64,000 nt of DNA from Lingula anatina (Eukaryota; Animalia; Brachiopoda). Under the pieces are notes generated by a model, which was not told the DNA's origin, ran no database searches, and saw only the letters and a program-made list of their open reading frames with translations. The stretch's first letter is position 1. Every line of letters begins with the position of its first letter. Both the position numbers and the translations under genes were made by a program. The DNA is taken from NCBI GenBank assembly GCA_051362555.1, contig CM120640.1, positions 61,296,788 through 61,360,787 of the forward strand. Direction: 5' to 3'. Below, one piece after another: positions 13,906 through 26,911 of the stretch.

Positions 13906-16900
13906 TAAGGATATATCTAGATAAATTGTTTTGATGTATGTTTGCGATGATTAGATGTAAATCAATTTCAAAGGATGGTTCTCTTTCTGAAAAAAAATAC
14001 TGACCTTTTTACTCTCTAATTTTACCGAACCTGAAAAAATAGTATAATAGAATTTGATTCAGAGCAGATCTTATTCTGGTCAAAAGGGTGGTTCTTTTAA
14101 ACCCACCCACCCCCCTCCAACACACCTCCCTAATGAAGGACCAGAATGTTATTTAAAACACATCACTTATAATTGATACCACAGAATAGAGTTGAGACTA
14201 ATACTCTCCTCATTCCTCCTTCTAGTTTGATGCCATGGATGCTTGTGATGCAGATGGTGAATGGAGTGAGGGATCTGAAGAAGAGGCAGCAGCCCTCTCT
14301 GAGCCAGATTCTGAACACAGTGAACCTGTAAAATCACCAAAGAAGAATGTATCGAAAAAGAATAAAAAACAGCAACAAGACAGCCAAGAGAAAAAGCAAC
14401 AAGAACAAAGACAATCAAAACAGAATCTTGGCAAAAGTAAAGAACTGTCATATTTTGGGAGAAACTCACCCCTTAGAACAAGAACACAGTCTTTGCAGTC
14501 TTTGCAGAGTACCAAACTGCAACCAGTACTGAGCTCTGAGAACAAAAACAAATCCCTGTACAGATCAGTAGATGACATATTGGATAGAATTGACACTGAA
14601 CTTCTGGCTTTGACAGCAGTACAGGTAAATGTTTCTTTTTGCATGTGCCTTAACATTTCAGAATAAAACATACAATTGGTCCTCAATTTTATTATTAGTC
14701 ACGTTTGTACATGTATGTAAGTACTAGTAAATTTTGATTTGTTTTTTTCTAATTCAGAATACTAACGTTTATATATTATATTATATTATATTATATTATA
14801 TTATATTATATTATATTATATTATATTATATTATACAGGGTGACCCCCCCCCCAAAAAAAAAAAAAAAAAATTTATTAAATCCTACAAAGGGCCATCAAA
14901 TTTCAGGACTTCAACTTTAATATGTATTTGATCATTCCCCAGAGTTTCAGTTATTTTGGTTGCTTTGCATAAAAGTTATGTTTTTTTAAATATGCTCCAA
15001 ATGGCCTCCAAGGCATTGGATGCACACTTGCATATGTCACGAAAAAATTGTCAATTTCTAGAACATATTCCTCTTTTGGGATTTTCCTGATTTTTGGTAT
15101 GATTGCTAACCACACTTTACTAATCACTTGATGGTTGTTCACACTTTTTGCTGATCAGCCACTCCTGAAATTGCTCTCTCAGTCAGGCTAGGGAGTAATA
15201 GTAATTTGATGTGTAAGGATGGACCTGTCTTGCTGGAACCACTGTCCATCTTGATCAATGCCTCTGAATTGTCCCAGTGATGTCCAAAACTTCCTCAGCA
15301 CTGCCACAAAGCGATTTTGGGAGAGACTGATCAGCAGGAATGGATGTTGAGTGGGCATGGCATTTACCGTACTTGAACCCCCCTCCAGATTTTTTCTGTA
15401 GGGGTTCCTCAAGGATAAAGTATACCAGAATCACCCTCAAATGATGGGTGAACTGTGGGGAGCAATCAACCAGAAATAAGGGAAATCCCAAAGGAGAATT
15501 GTGTTTGAGAAATTGACAAAATTTACGCGCTGTATGCAAGTGTGCAACCAATGCCTCAGAAGCCATCTGGAGGATATTTCGAAAAGAACATAACTTTAAT
15601 GCATAGCGAACAAGAAAACTGAAACTTTGGGGAATGATCATACACATGTTGAAGTTTAAGTCCAGCAACTTTCTTGAAATTTGATATTATATTATATTAT
15701 ATTATATTATATTATATTATATTATATTATATTATATTATATTATATTATATTATAAAGACTCAATTGTGTTTCACAGACCAGTTTTCCATCATCAACAC
15801 CCCTATCCAATGAAAGGAAGCGTTTAAGCAAGTCTGAGAAAGATCTGCTGAAATGTCAAGGTGTTGAGTTTGACACAGCAGATGAAGTAGATGTTCACCC
15901 TAAGCTCCAAGGTGGGTATTATTTCAAGGAAAGGGACAAAAAATGAAAAGTTGTTGAAAATTTTGATTTTCTCATTTTCAGATACCTTACTGACACATAA
16001 TCATTTTTAGCTGATAACTTATGTAGACATTTGAGACATTTTTCAAGAAAAAATTTTTTTTTCAATTCCTCATACTGTTTTAATAGTTCTTAATTTTTAA
16101 ATCTATATAACAACAAATATATTATTAACTAGACTGTTTTAGTTCAGATCCACCACCACCATTCACACTAAAATTCGCAAGTCCAATAATAATCATTTAG
16201 CTGTACACTGATTGATTGCATTCAGTGAGAGTCCATGCAGAGTTGGATCGGTCTACATAGAACAATGAATGAATGAATGAATGAATGAATGAATGAATTT
16301 TGCCATAGTTCATCAATGGACCGTTGGCCTTCTTTCATAAGCATGTCTATAATCTTGCTCCTCACCATCCTGCCATATAATGATTATGTTAGTCATCCAT
16401 ATCATCAGTTTCTCCTTCAATAGATGCTAACACCAATCTCTCACCTCTCCTCTTCCAATGTCCATACTTTCTGATCTTTTGCTCTTGGACTTCCTGCAGC
16501 ATGCTATGGTCTTCTACTATTTCAACTTGTTGTCTTACCCACCCATTTGTTCTTTTCTCTGTCCATTTCAATCTCAACACTCTTCTCCACAACCACATCT
16601 CAAAGGCATTGAACATTTTCTCTTCTTGTTTTTTGAGGGTCCACGTAGAACAATAGTTTAATTGAAAATGAGCCTTAAGATTTGATCTTATTCTGGAACA
16701 AATCATCAAATCTTCTGCAGTCTGAATGTGTAAAGCACACTATGATTGTAGCATCTAATTTTTGCTACCACTCATCAGAGCTAAGTGTTTCCATATAGAA
16801 TAACAGATAAATCAGAAGCTGGAGGCCAGATTACACAGTCATGTACCACTAACATATAGCTCTTTTTTTATTCAGTTGTGGATATAATCTGTGGTATTCT

Positions 16901-19900
16901 TCTGTAAATTAATAATTTTGTAACTTGATTCTATATAATTTCAAGGATTTAGGATATATATCACAGAAAACCCTTGGTTGTTTTGACAGCTCATTGAAAC
17001 CAGTTTAGTTTGAAATCTTTATCATACAATACAGATTTTGTTTATTTGGTTATGGTATATTTGATATGACTTAACCTCTACATTTGCTCCTTGTATTTGT
17101 AAGAGAAAATAGTGTTCCCTTGTTTTTTTTTTCATCAGTGATTACTGTATTTGATGCCAGTCATCTCACTTATTGGTATTTCATGTTGCAGTGAAATGTG
17201 TAAATGAAAATTTCTGTTATTTAAAACATTCCTATATCAACTGGATGGGCCTAGGGGGTTTAAGACCAACAGTTCAGTTTGACCCAGTGTAAATGTGCAC
17301 TTGTCCTCTAAAATGATGATGCTTTTTACATTTTCATTTTTTTTTTTTTTTTTTTTTTTGTAATGGGTTAATATACACTAAATATTGGACCTTAAAGTTA
17401 AATCTAGCTTTTAGTTAAATTTTCATATATAGGCACTTACACTGTAAGTGTCTATATATATATTCTGATTGGTCTATCTGTCTGCGAAATAGCTGTCACT
17501 GTTTAACGCCTGGCTTTCATCCCATAACTGCCAAACCATATTTCTGTTTTACCTTAAAATTCCTGAGTGGCCTTTTTTGTTAAAGAAGCAGGTAGCTTTT
17601 GAAAATCAGCATGATTGGTTTACATTTACGGTAATTATTGTACCACCAGCGTTAGCGCTGGTGGTACACATGGTTTTAGTCCCGTCCGGATCGTTCCGCC
17701 GGCTCCTGCGGCTCCGCCGGACAGCTACCGTTACCGCTTCTCCTCCTAGACGGTAAGGGCCCCCGTACCCATCTCTTGGATTTAGGTCACCTATAATCTC
17801 AACTCGTTCCACGTAAAATTTGGGCTTTGTCGGTATTGGGGTCTAGGTGTGGCACTCATTGCAATGCACCCTTGTCTAAAAATGGCAAAATTAAATGCTA
17901 ATTATCTACCCTATGGATGGAATTATGGGAAAAATTTCTACAGACGGCTTTCCAAAAGTCATATGTGTAGATTTCAAATATGCCCTTGGATTTGACCTTT
18001 GACCTTTATTTCAAGGTCAAACGGGCCAAAATTTTCAAAAAAATTAATTTTTTTACGAAAAAAAAATTATTTGCCCTGTTATTCAGACACCACACAGACT
18101 TAACCAATAATATAATTGGAAGTTGTTACCCTTCAGGTCATCTTTCATCTCCGTGAATTTGGGGTCAATCATTGCATTTTCACAGGAGTAGCGGCCATAA
18201 GATACCGAAACTAAGAACTGTCTCTAATTCGGGAACCGTTAACGCTAGAGACCCATTCTTTTTTGCATTTTGTAGAGCATGTAAAGCCCAACACTGGGGG
18301 TGGTCTCCGTTTTTTTGTATTCCATACGGTTTTTCGAGTTATGCTGTATCAAAAAGTACATATTGGTGGTGAAAGCAAAATGTGCAGTACGGTAATGGAT
18401 AATAAATTTTGAACTCCAGAAAAAAAATATATAAGGCTTGGCAAAGCAGACAACTTGTGGTCAAAAATGACATTATTTCATCAAATTTGAACTTCTGGAA
18501 CTTCAGAGCACCTCCCATTTCAAGAATTTTGACCAAAATGACCTTTTCTTTATTTTAATTAATTTTTTTCTGTAGGAAATTTATGGCACATTATGGTAAC
18601 TCCAAAATTATAACATTTAGTCCCTTATATCTCCAAAACTGGCAGAGATAGGTCCATAGTTACTATTGAACTTGAATAGGAAGTCATATACTGGCAATCT
18701 AAATGTGACCTTAAAATTGACCTTTGACCTACTTTTCACCATGAATTGAACTCTGCAAATTTTGCTTCCCTTTTATCTTCAAAACTGGCAGAGATAGGTC
18801 CATATTTTCTATTGAACTTGAATAGGAAGTCATATACTGGCAATCTAAATGTGACCTTAAAATTGACCTTTGGCCTACTTTTCACCATGAACTGAACTCT
18901 GCAAATTTTGCTTCCCTTTTATCTTCAAAACTGGCAGAGATAGGTCCATATTTTCTATTGAACTTGAATAGGAAGTCATAAACTGGCAATCTAAATGTGA
19001 CCTTAAAATTGACCTTTGGCCTACTTTTCACCATGAACTGAACTTTGCAAATTTTGCTTCCCTTTTATCTCCAAAGTTACACTGTATCAAAAAGTACATT
19101 GGTGGTGAAAGCAAAATGTGCAGTACGGTAATAGATAATAAATTTTGAACTCCAGAAAAATAAAACATAAGGCTTGGCAAAGCAGACAACTCGTGGTCAA
19201 AAATGACATTATATCATCAAATTTGAACATCTCGAACTTCAGAACACCTCCCATTTCAAGAATTTTGACCAAAATGACCTTTTCTTTATTTTAATTAATT
19301 TTTTCTGTATGAAATTTATGGCACATTATGGTAACTCCAAAATTATAACATTTAGTCCCTTATATCTCCAAAACTGGCAGAGATAGGTCCATAGTTACTA
19401 TTGAAGTTGAATAGGAAGTCATATACTGGCAATCTAAATGTGACCTTAAAATTGACCTTTGGCCTATTTTTCACCATGAACTGAACTCTGCAAATTTTGC
19501 TTCCCTTTTATCTTCAAAACTGGCAGAGATAGGTCCATATTTTCTATTGAACTTGAATAGGAAGTCATAAACTGGCAATCTAAATGTGACCTTAAAATTG
19601 ACCTTTGGCCTACTTTTCACCATGAACTGAACTTTGCAAATTTTGCTTCCCTTTTATCTCCAAAGTTACACTGTATCAAAAAGTACATTGGTGGTGAAAG
19701 CAAAATGTGCAATACGGTAATAGATAATAAATTTTGAACTCCAGAAAAATAAAACATAAGGCTTGGCAAAGCAGACAACTCGTGGTCAAAAATGACATTA
19801 TATCATCAAATTTGAACATCTCGAACTTCAGAACACCTCCCATTTCAAGAATTTTGACCAAAATGACCTTTTCTTTATTTTAATTAATTTTTTCTGTATG

Positions 19901-20417
19901 AAATTTATGGCACATTATGGTAACTCCAAAATTATAACATTTAGTCCCTTATATCTCCAAAACTGGCAGAGATAGGTCCATAGTTACTATTGAAGTTGAA
20001 TAGGAAGTCATATACTGGCAATCTAAATGTGACCTTAAAATTGACCTTTGACCTACTTTTCACCATGAACTGAACTTTGCAACTTTTGCTTCCCTTTTAT
20101 CTCCAAAACTGGCAGAGATAGGTCCATAGTTACTATTAAACTTGAATAGGAAGTCATATACTGGCAATTTACTGTGACCTTGAAATTGACCTTTGACCTA
20201 CCTTACGATGAATTCACTTTGATTGTACCATTTTAAGTTATATATATTTTTTGCATATTTTGAAAATTCTTGTTGATTGCATTTTTACAGCTTGTCAAGC
20301 ATAAGACTGGTGGCTGTGTCCCTTACTTTGTGTATGTGGGGGTCTATACGCATGCACTTGCTCTAGCTGGTGGTACAATATTCGGAGGCGGTATCGCCTC
20401 TCTGATCCTCTAGTTCT

Positions 20418-20455
<38 letters not shown>

Positions 20456-23400
20456 ACAATTTTGGTGACATTTGCCCCCTGACTGCCAGACTGTATTTTT
20501 GTTTTACTTTAAATTAACTGATAGGCTTTGTTTGGTAAAGAGGCAGGTTGCTTTCGAAAATGATTGGTTTACATTCACAGTATTTTCCCTTTTTTTTTTT
20601 TCATTGTCTTTTATATCTCATGGAACTGAATCACCTGTAGTGCATAAATGTTAGAGGGTAAGAGTGATTATGCCATTTTCAAGCATTATGTAACAGTGCA
20701 TCAAAATTGGCCAAAACATCTATTTGGTGCACTTTTTTCTGCGTAATGTCTGAATTTTTGTCAGCTCTGCTACCTTGTTTCCTTTATAGTGTCTGTATAT
20801 TTGTAAGCTTTGGTGTCTATTTTTTTTTTTTTTTTTAAGAAGCATCTTGGCTAGATGAATTAACTTCTTTTCTATCAATCTATTTGTTCAATAATATTAA
20901 ATCAAAGGTGTGTGGTTACTATTCCAATTTGGGTCACAGTAACACACTATGGCCAGCAAATATATTTGGCAGTGTAACTGATTTATCACACATCACCTAA
21001 GGCAATAAAATCTCAAAATTGCGACACCTGCTTTTATGAAGTGCAACTTGTGCACTCATGTAAGTAATAAACTTTGCAGGTTATATTAATACTGCAATCT
21101 TTCCCTCCTCTTAGAAGAACTAGGAAGATAGGAAACATTTCAAGTGTATGTTAGTTAAATGCATCTTTAGGACTTTCAGCATATTACGGGGTTTCAAATT
21201 CTAGATCTTGTCGAATTTTAATGGTAGGCCTCCGGTGGAAAGGTTCACTCAACTTTGGAAGACTTGCTAATTTGTATGAAAAGAAAGATAAGAAATTAGA
21301 AATGAAACTTTTAGGGAATCAATATTTTTTCCTTTGTTTATGATTTTAGTACTGGCTTTTTTTTTGGGGGGGGGGGGGGGGGGTAATATTTGCAATGAGA
21401 ACAATCACATATAGTGATGCAGTATATATTCCTAAGACTTAGTTCAATACTTAGTTCAATACCTGTTTCACACTTTACCTAATGGCAACAATATATGTAA
21501 TTCCAGATCAGCAGTCTTTTCGCACCCTATCAGACAAGGATGGTGCTGACACGGGTTTAGGCAGCGGGAGCATGATGGACAGCATGATATCTCTTTCTAC
21601 TGAAATAGATCTCCACCAACCACAACAGCAACAAGAACAAGGAGACAGGTTACAAGACTTACAGCAGCAACTGGAAATTGTATCCGAGGAAGAGAAACAG
21701 TTACAGGATGGGGCAGATGAGGATCAAGAATTAGACACAACAATGAAAGAAGAGGAACAATCTGAAAGTGATGGTAAATAAACATCTCAATGTAGAATGT
21801 ACACATGTAATAGGGGTGTTTTATTTGCCATACACCCAACTGGTTGTGTCATTCATATTTCATTAAGATAAAGTACCTGTGTGTGATTACTACTAATTTC
21901 ATATTGGAAAAATAAAAATTTCATAAAATGTTTAATTTCAATAATGCTGCTGTATTTATGAATTGAAGTATGCCTTGCTATTGCCATTGCTGCTTAGGTT
22001 ATCATTATATACATATTGTACTTAATCTTCACAATAGTGGTGTATTTGGCTACAATTAACCCTCTCTTAGTTTCACATGATAACTTTGTGTAATTATTTT
22101 GTCAAAGTTGGTGAATTTCACTGATAAAGATATCTTAGATGTTTGCAGTCTGCTCCCCTTTTTTAAAATCATTAATACAGGTTGTGTGTTGCCTGACTAT
22201 TAATTTCGTTAATGCTGTGATTTATATAGATATAAGTACACAGTAGAGCATGCCTTATTTATCCCTGGGGTATGGAAGTCTTTGCTGCATTTAATGTCAC
22301 ACACAATACACCTGTGAAAGCAGCTATCCATTATGGTAATAAACAGATTTTTTTGTGTAAAATGAACATGACTGATTATATCAGGTACATGTGGCATTGA
22401 TATTCATTATCTTTATAGTTCTGTTATAGTATAAGCTGCACCTATTATATGAGCTGACTTGTTTTTCAGATGAAGAAGATCAGGAATTTCCAAAGGCAGA
22501 TAGTGATCTTGATTCAGATACTGCACAGCAGATAGAGGAGAAATTTCAAGCAATAATGAAAAAGAAGAGAGGTAAGTCAAACACCAGTGAAGTGCAATAA
22601 GACAAGAGTTGTGGCATACATTTGTAATCATTTTGATAAATTGTAGCTAATTACTTAGAAATAAAAGAAGTTATTTGTTGAAAATTGAAGTTGTGCTAAT
22701 TATGATTTGCTTTTTGTGTTGTTAATAACTTACTTATTGCCCAGTGTCAAATGATTGAATATGGTGCACATGTATATTGTTTTTTTTTTTTTGTGATTGT
22801 TTGCATGAAGCATGTTAATTTATCCTGTTGTTTTTTCTTTGCTTCTTGAGTTTGTATGTTCTTTTTTTTCACAATTGCTGTAGTTTTGCTCCTAGTATAT
22901 CACTTTAACCAGCTTAATTACTTATTACACCCTGTTTGAGAATGCTAGATCACCAAAATACTCAGGATAGGGGTTCTGCATAAATAAGCAATGATACTTA
23001 TATCTGGATATAATTTATATATGTATATCCAAAATGATTGAAGTTTGGTCACATGTTACATGGAAAATATTTGTACCTCCAGCACAGCACTGGCGGTACA
23101 CATGGTTTTAGTCCCACCCCCTCTCGTCTTCCGTATCCGCCAGCTCCTACACCATGTCACCAATACCGCTCATCCTCCTAAACTACAAGAGCCTTCGTAC
23201 CCATCTCTTGGATTTAGGTCACATATAATCTCAACTCATTCCACATAAATTTTGGGCTTTGTTGGTGCTTGGGTCTAGGTGTGGCGCTTGTGGCAATGTA
23301 TCCTTGTCCAAAATTTGCAAAATTAAATGCTAAATATCTCCCAAACCAAAGGAATTATGGGAAAAAATTTCTATAGATGGCTGACAGAAAATCATATGTG

Positions 23401-26400
23401 GAGATTTCGAATACGCCCTTGGATTTGAAATTTGTCGTCAATTTCAAGGTCAAATGGGCCAAAATTTTCTAAAAATGGCAATTTTTTGCGAGAAAAAATT
23501 ATTTGTGCCGATTTTCAGAAACTACAGAGACCTAACCTATAATGTTATAGACAGGTGTTACCCTTAAGGTCATCTTTCATCTTCATGAGTTTAGGGTAAA
23601 CTGTACATTTTCACGGAAGAAGCAGCCATTAGATGCAGAAACTGAAAGCTCTCTCTAATTCTGGAAGCATAAATGCTAGAGACCTATTGTTTTGTGCATT
23701 TTGTAGAGCTTGTCAAGTGCAACACTGAAAGTGGTGTCCATTTTCTTGTTTCCATGTGGTTTACCAGTTGCGCTATATCAAAAAGTACTATGTGGTGGTG
23801 AAAATAAAATGTGAAATATGGTAATTTGCCATGAATTTTAAATGTCAGAAAAATATAGCATAAGGCATAGCAAGGGATGGACAACTTCCAGTCAAAACTG
23901 ACAGAATTTCATGAAATTCAAACATGTGGAATTTCTGAGCACCTTCCGCCTCATGAATTTTGGCCAGAATGATCTTTTGGTTATTTCAATTAATTGCTTC
24001 TGTACAAAATTCATGGCACGTTACTGTACCTCCAAAATTAGCAAAGATACACCCATAGTTACTATCAAACTTGAATAGGAAGTCATATACATTTAACTGT
24101 GACCTTGAAATTGACCTTTGACCTACTTTTCATCATGAACTGAACTTTGCAAGGTTTCTGTCCCTTACATCTCCAAAACTAACAGAGATATGCCCATAGT
24201 TGCTATTAAACTTGAATAAGAGGTCATAAACTGGCAATCTAACTGGGATCTTGAAATTGACCTAAGACCTACTTTTTGCCATGAACCTTGCTTCACAAAT
24301 TTGTATTTAAACTTTTACTTTTCTCCATGATTTTGTATTTAAATTGTTATTTTCAACAAAAATATTGAGAATTCTTGTTTACTGCATTTTTTAGAGCTTG
24401 TCAAGCACAACACTGGAGGTGGTGTCCCTTTTTTTGTTTTGTTTTGTTTTCCATATGAATGCGCTTACTCCAGCTGGTGGTACAATACCCAGAGGCGCTA
24501 TCGTCTCTTTGATCATCTGGGTTTAACTTACTCTTATCTAATGTGCCTCTTCGTATACAGACACACAAGTGTCTGAACACATTATCACCTGTGTCTCCCA
24601 CATCATTTCAGTAGGAGGTAGAACCATGCATATTAATTTTTACGACACTAAATGAGATGCAGTGTTACAATTTTGCTTCAGAATCATTGAGGTTACTCAT
24701 TGTTCTTAGTTGCTGGTCTAGTTCAATAGTAGACATAGCACAATTATTCCTTATATTTTATTGAAATTTCTAAAAATTTCAATGACTTTGACCTTGTGGA
24801 TACTGTAGCGTCCAAATGGTAACTCTGTTTCAGCTGAAACCTGTGGGTGTTACTTGAAGGCCTTCCTCCAACTCTTTAGCTTAATTAAACATTTTTGCCT
24901 TTATAAGGGAAATTTTACATCACTTTCCGGGTCCAGAAACATATCCCTGATGATAAGCAGACTATTTTGATAATAAAATGTTCCTGAAGTTCATGTTTGA
25001 ATGCTCAGCATGCTCATTGCCTTACCCATCCCCACCACTCTGAGCTCATTCCTACTCATACACTGAGACAGCTTATGTCATTCCTACTCATACACTGAGA
25101 CAGCTTATGTAGATGTACCTCTTTTACAGCTATTGAGTTGTACTCTTTTCAACTCTACTTTTGAACCCCAATATCTAAGCTGTTTCTTTTTGCATGTCTC
25201 TAGATTTCTGATTGTGTTGTTATAAGAATGGGTTATTTATAATAACTTTTAGCTAATATACATTTTAAAAAAGATATTTATTATGGAATTTATCCTTGTA
25301 TTTTATGTATATTATCTAAACATCTGACTAGACTGGCTTGATCCCATATTTTGTTAGTCTCACATAAGCAAAAACCTTAAAATTCATACCATTGCACAAC
25401 ATTATATATGTGTATTGAAAAATGAAATTAACATGCCAAGTAGTGCCCCACTTTTGTGCTATGATAATAAGCGGGTTTCGTAGTAACTGTAACTCATAGT
25501 TTGAATGTTGAATAGTATTGCCTATTGAATCAAAAGAATTTCAAGAAGCTTGTTCAAACAATGTTTGCAAACATGTATTCTCACTTGGCAGTGAGGCATA
25601 AAATTTGAGTGACTGAATACTTAAGTTGTCATTGAGGTCTTAATTTACACGATTAGATAAATGAAATAGTCTGCATGGTTGCCTTAGATTAATACTTGTG
25701 CACTATTATTAGTTTAACACATGGTACATTCTTGCCTGGCATGTTCCGTTTGTGCTTGTACCACAAAATTTTACATTATTTAGCATTGGATAGGCTTTGA
25801 ATAGGTTACGATTTCAAATTTGAATTTGCTGAACAAGTGCTGTGGAAGCTTCCAATAGCTGAAGACATTTTGTTGTAAGTGCATTTGGTGTTATTATGAT
25901 AAAGATCACGTAAATTTCACTTGATTATTTTCGCATCAATTTTGCAAAACAAAAAAGAAATTGGATGAAACATTCTCAGAATAACACATAATTTTGCCAA
26001 AACATTATCAAAAGGGGTTTGATATTTAAACACATCAATAGCAACAGGATGAAATGGCAATGTATCAAATGAGTTGTATTGAATATTATTATCAAAGCCA
26101 CTGACAGATTATTGGTGACTAAATTTGTTGTGAAATGTTTCTCGGTTAATGCCATACAGTGCTGAAGCAGTGGCAACCAGAGTGTGTATACCACCACTGC
26201 ATATTTTATAGCGTATGTGCTGATGAAACTGAAAAACAATATCAAAGTAATGAACAGTCATTTCAGGTGTCATCTGTCGCATGAGAGACTTGAGGTTTCA
26301 CACTGCCAGAGTTTCAGGTGACAACATGATATACAGTATAGTCATCAGGTGGCTAAAAGTGTACTATGTATGATTAGCATTTACAGGCTAACATATATGT

Positions 26401-26838
26401 CTTCTGAATTTGTTCAATGCAGAATTGTAGAGTTGAGTTAGGCTGTGTTTCTGCACAGATGGAGGCTGTTTACAAGGTTTATACACACATAAGTAATCTT
26501 ACCTTGGTTGTTACCCTGGTAGGAACAAAATTGGTAGGTAAAGAAGCAATTATGGGTATGTGATAATTGTCAGTTGGTCATCCAGTTGAAGTGCATACAT
26601 GTAGGCACATTCACACACTCGCACATTTACTTATAATCTTTTATTAGACTTTAAATGTCAGTTTCTTAAAAGATAGTGAAAATTAACAAATTCCTGTAAT
26701 ACACAATCCTGGACATGGGAAGGATATTGACAATCCTATGTTGATTATGAGTATAAGGGAACTGCAAACTTCAGCCTATAGATGATTTAACTCAGTAACA
26801 TACATAGTATCACTTGTGTGACACACTATGCATACACA

Positions 26839-26911
<73 letters not shown>

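Noticed and set aside
14167-14686. Minus-strand ORFs here and at 39783-42862, 46038-46280, 52040-52318 and 56533-56745
   Set aside because: Antisense shadows of real plus-strand exons.
18172-19861. Repeated short ORFs (MVKILEMGG..., MHFHRSSGHK...), also at 59268-60776
   Set aside because: Chance frames inside non-coding repeat copies, with non-ATG starts, frameshifts between copies and no Rep/helicase motifs.
26459-26538. Possible internal alternative first exon (MEAVYKVYTH...) ending in phase 1
   Set aside because: Only a short ATG frame with generic donor-like sites, which is expected by chance in a 4.6-kb intron.
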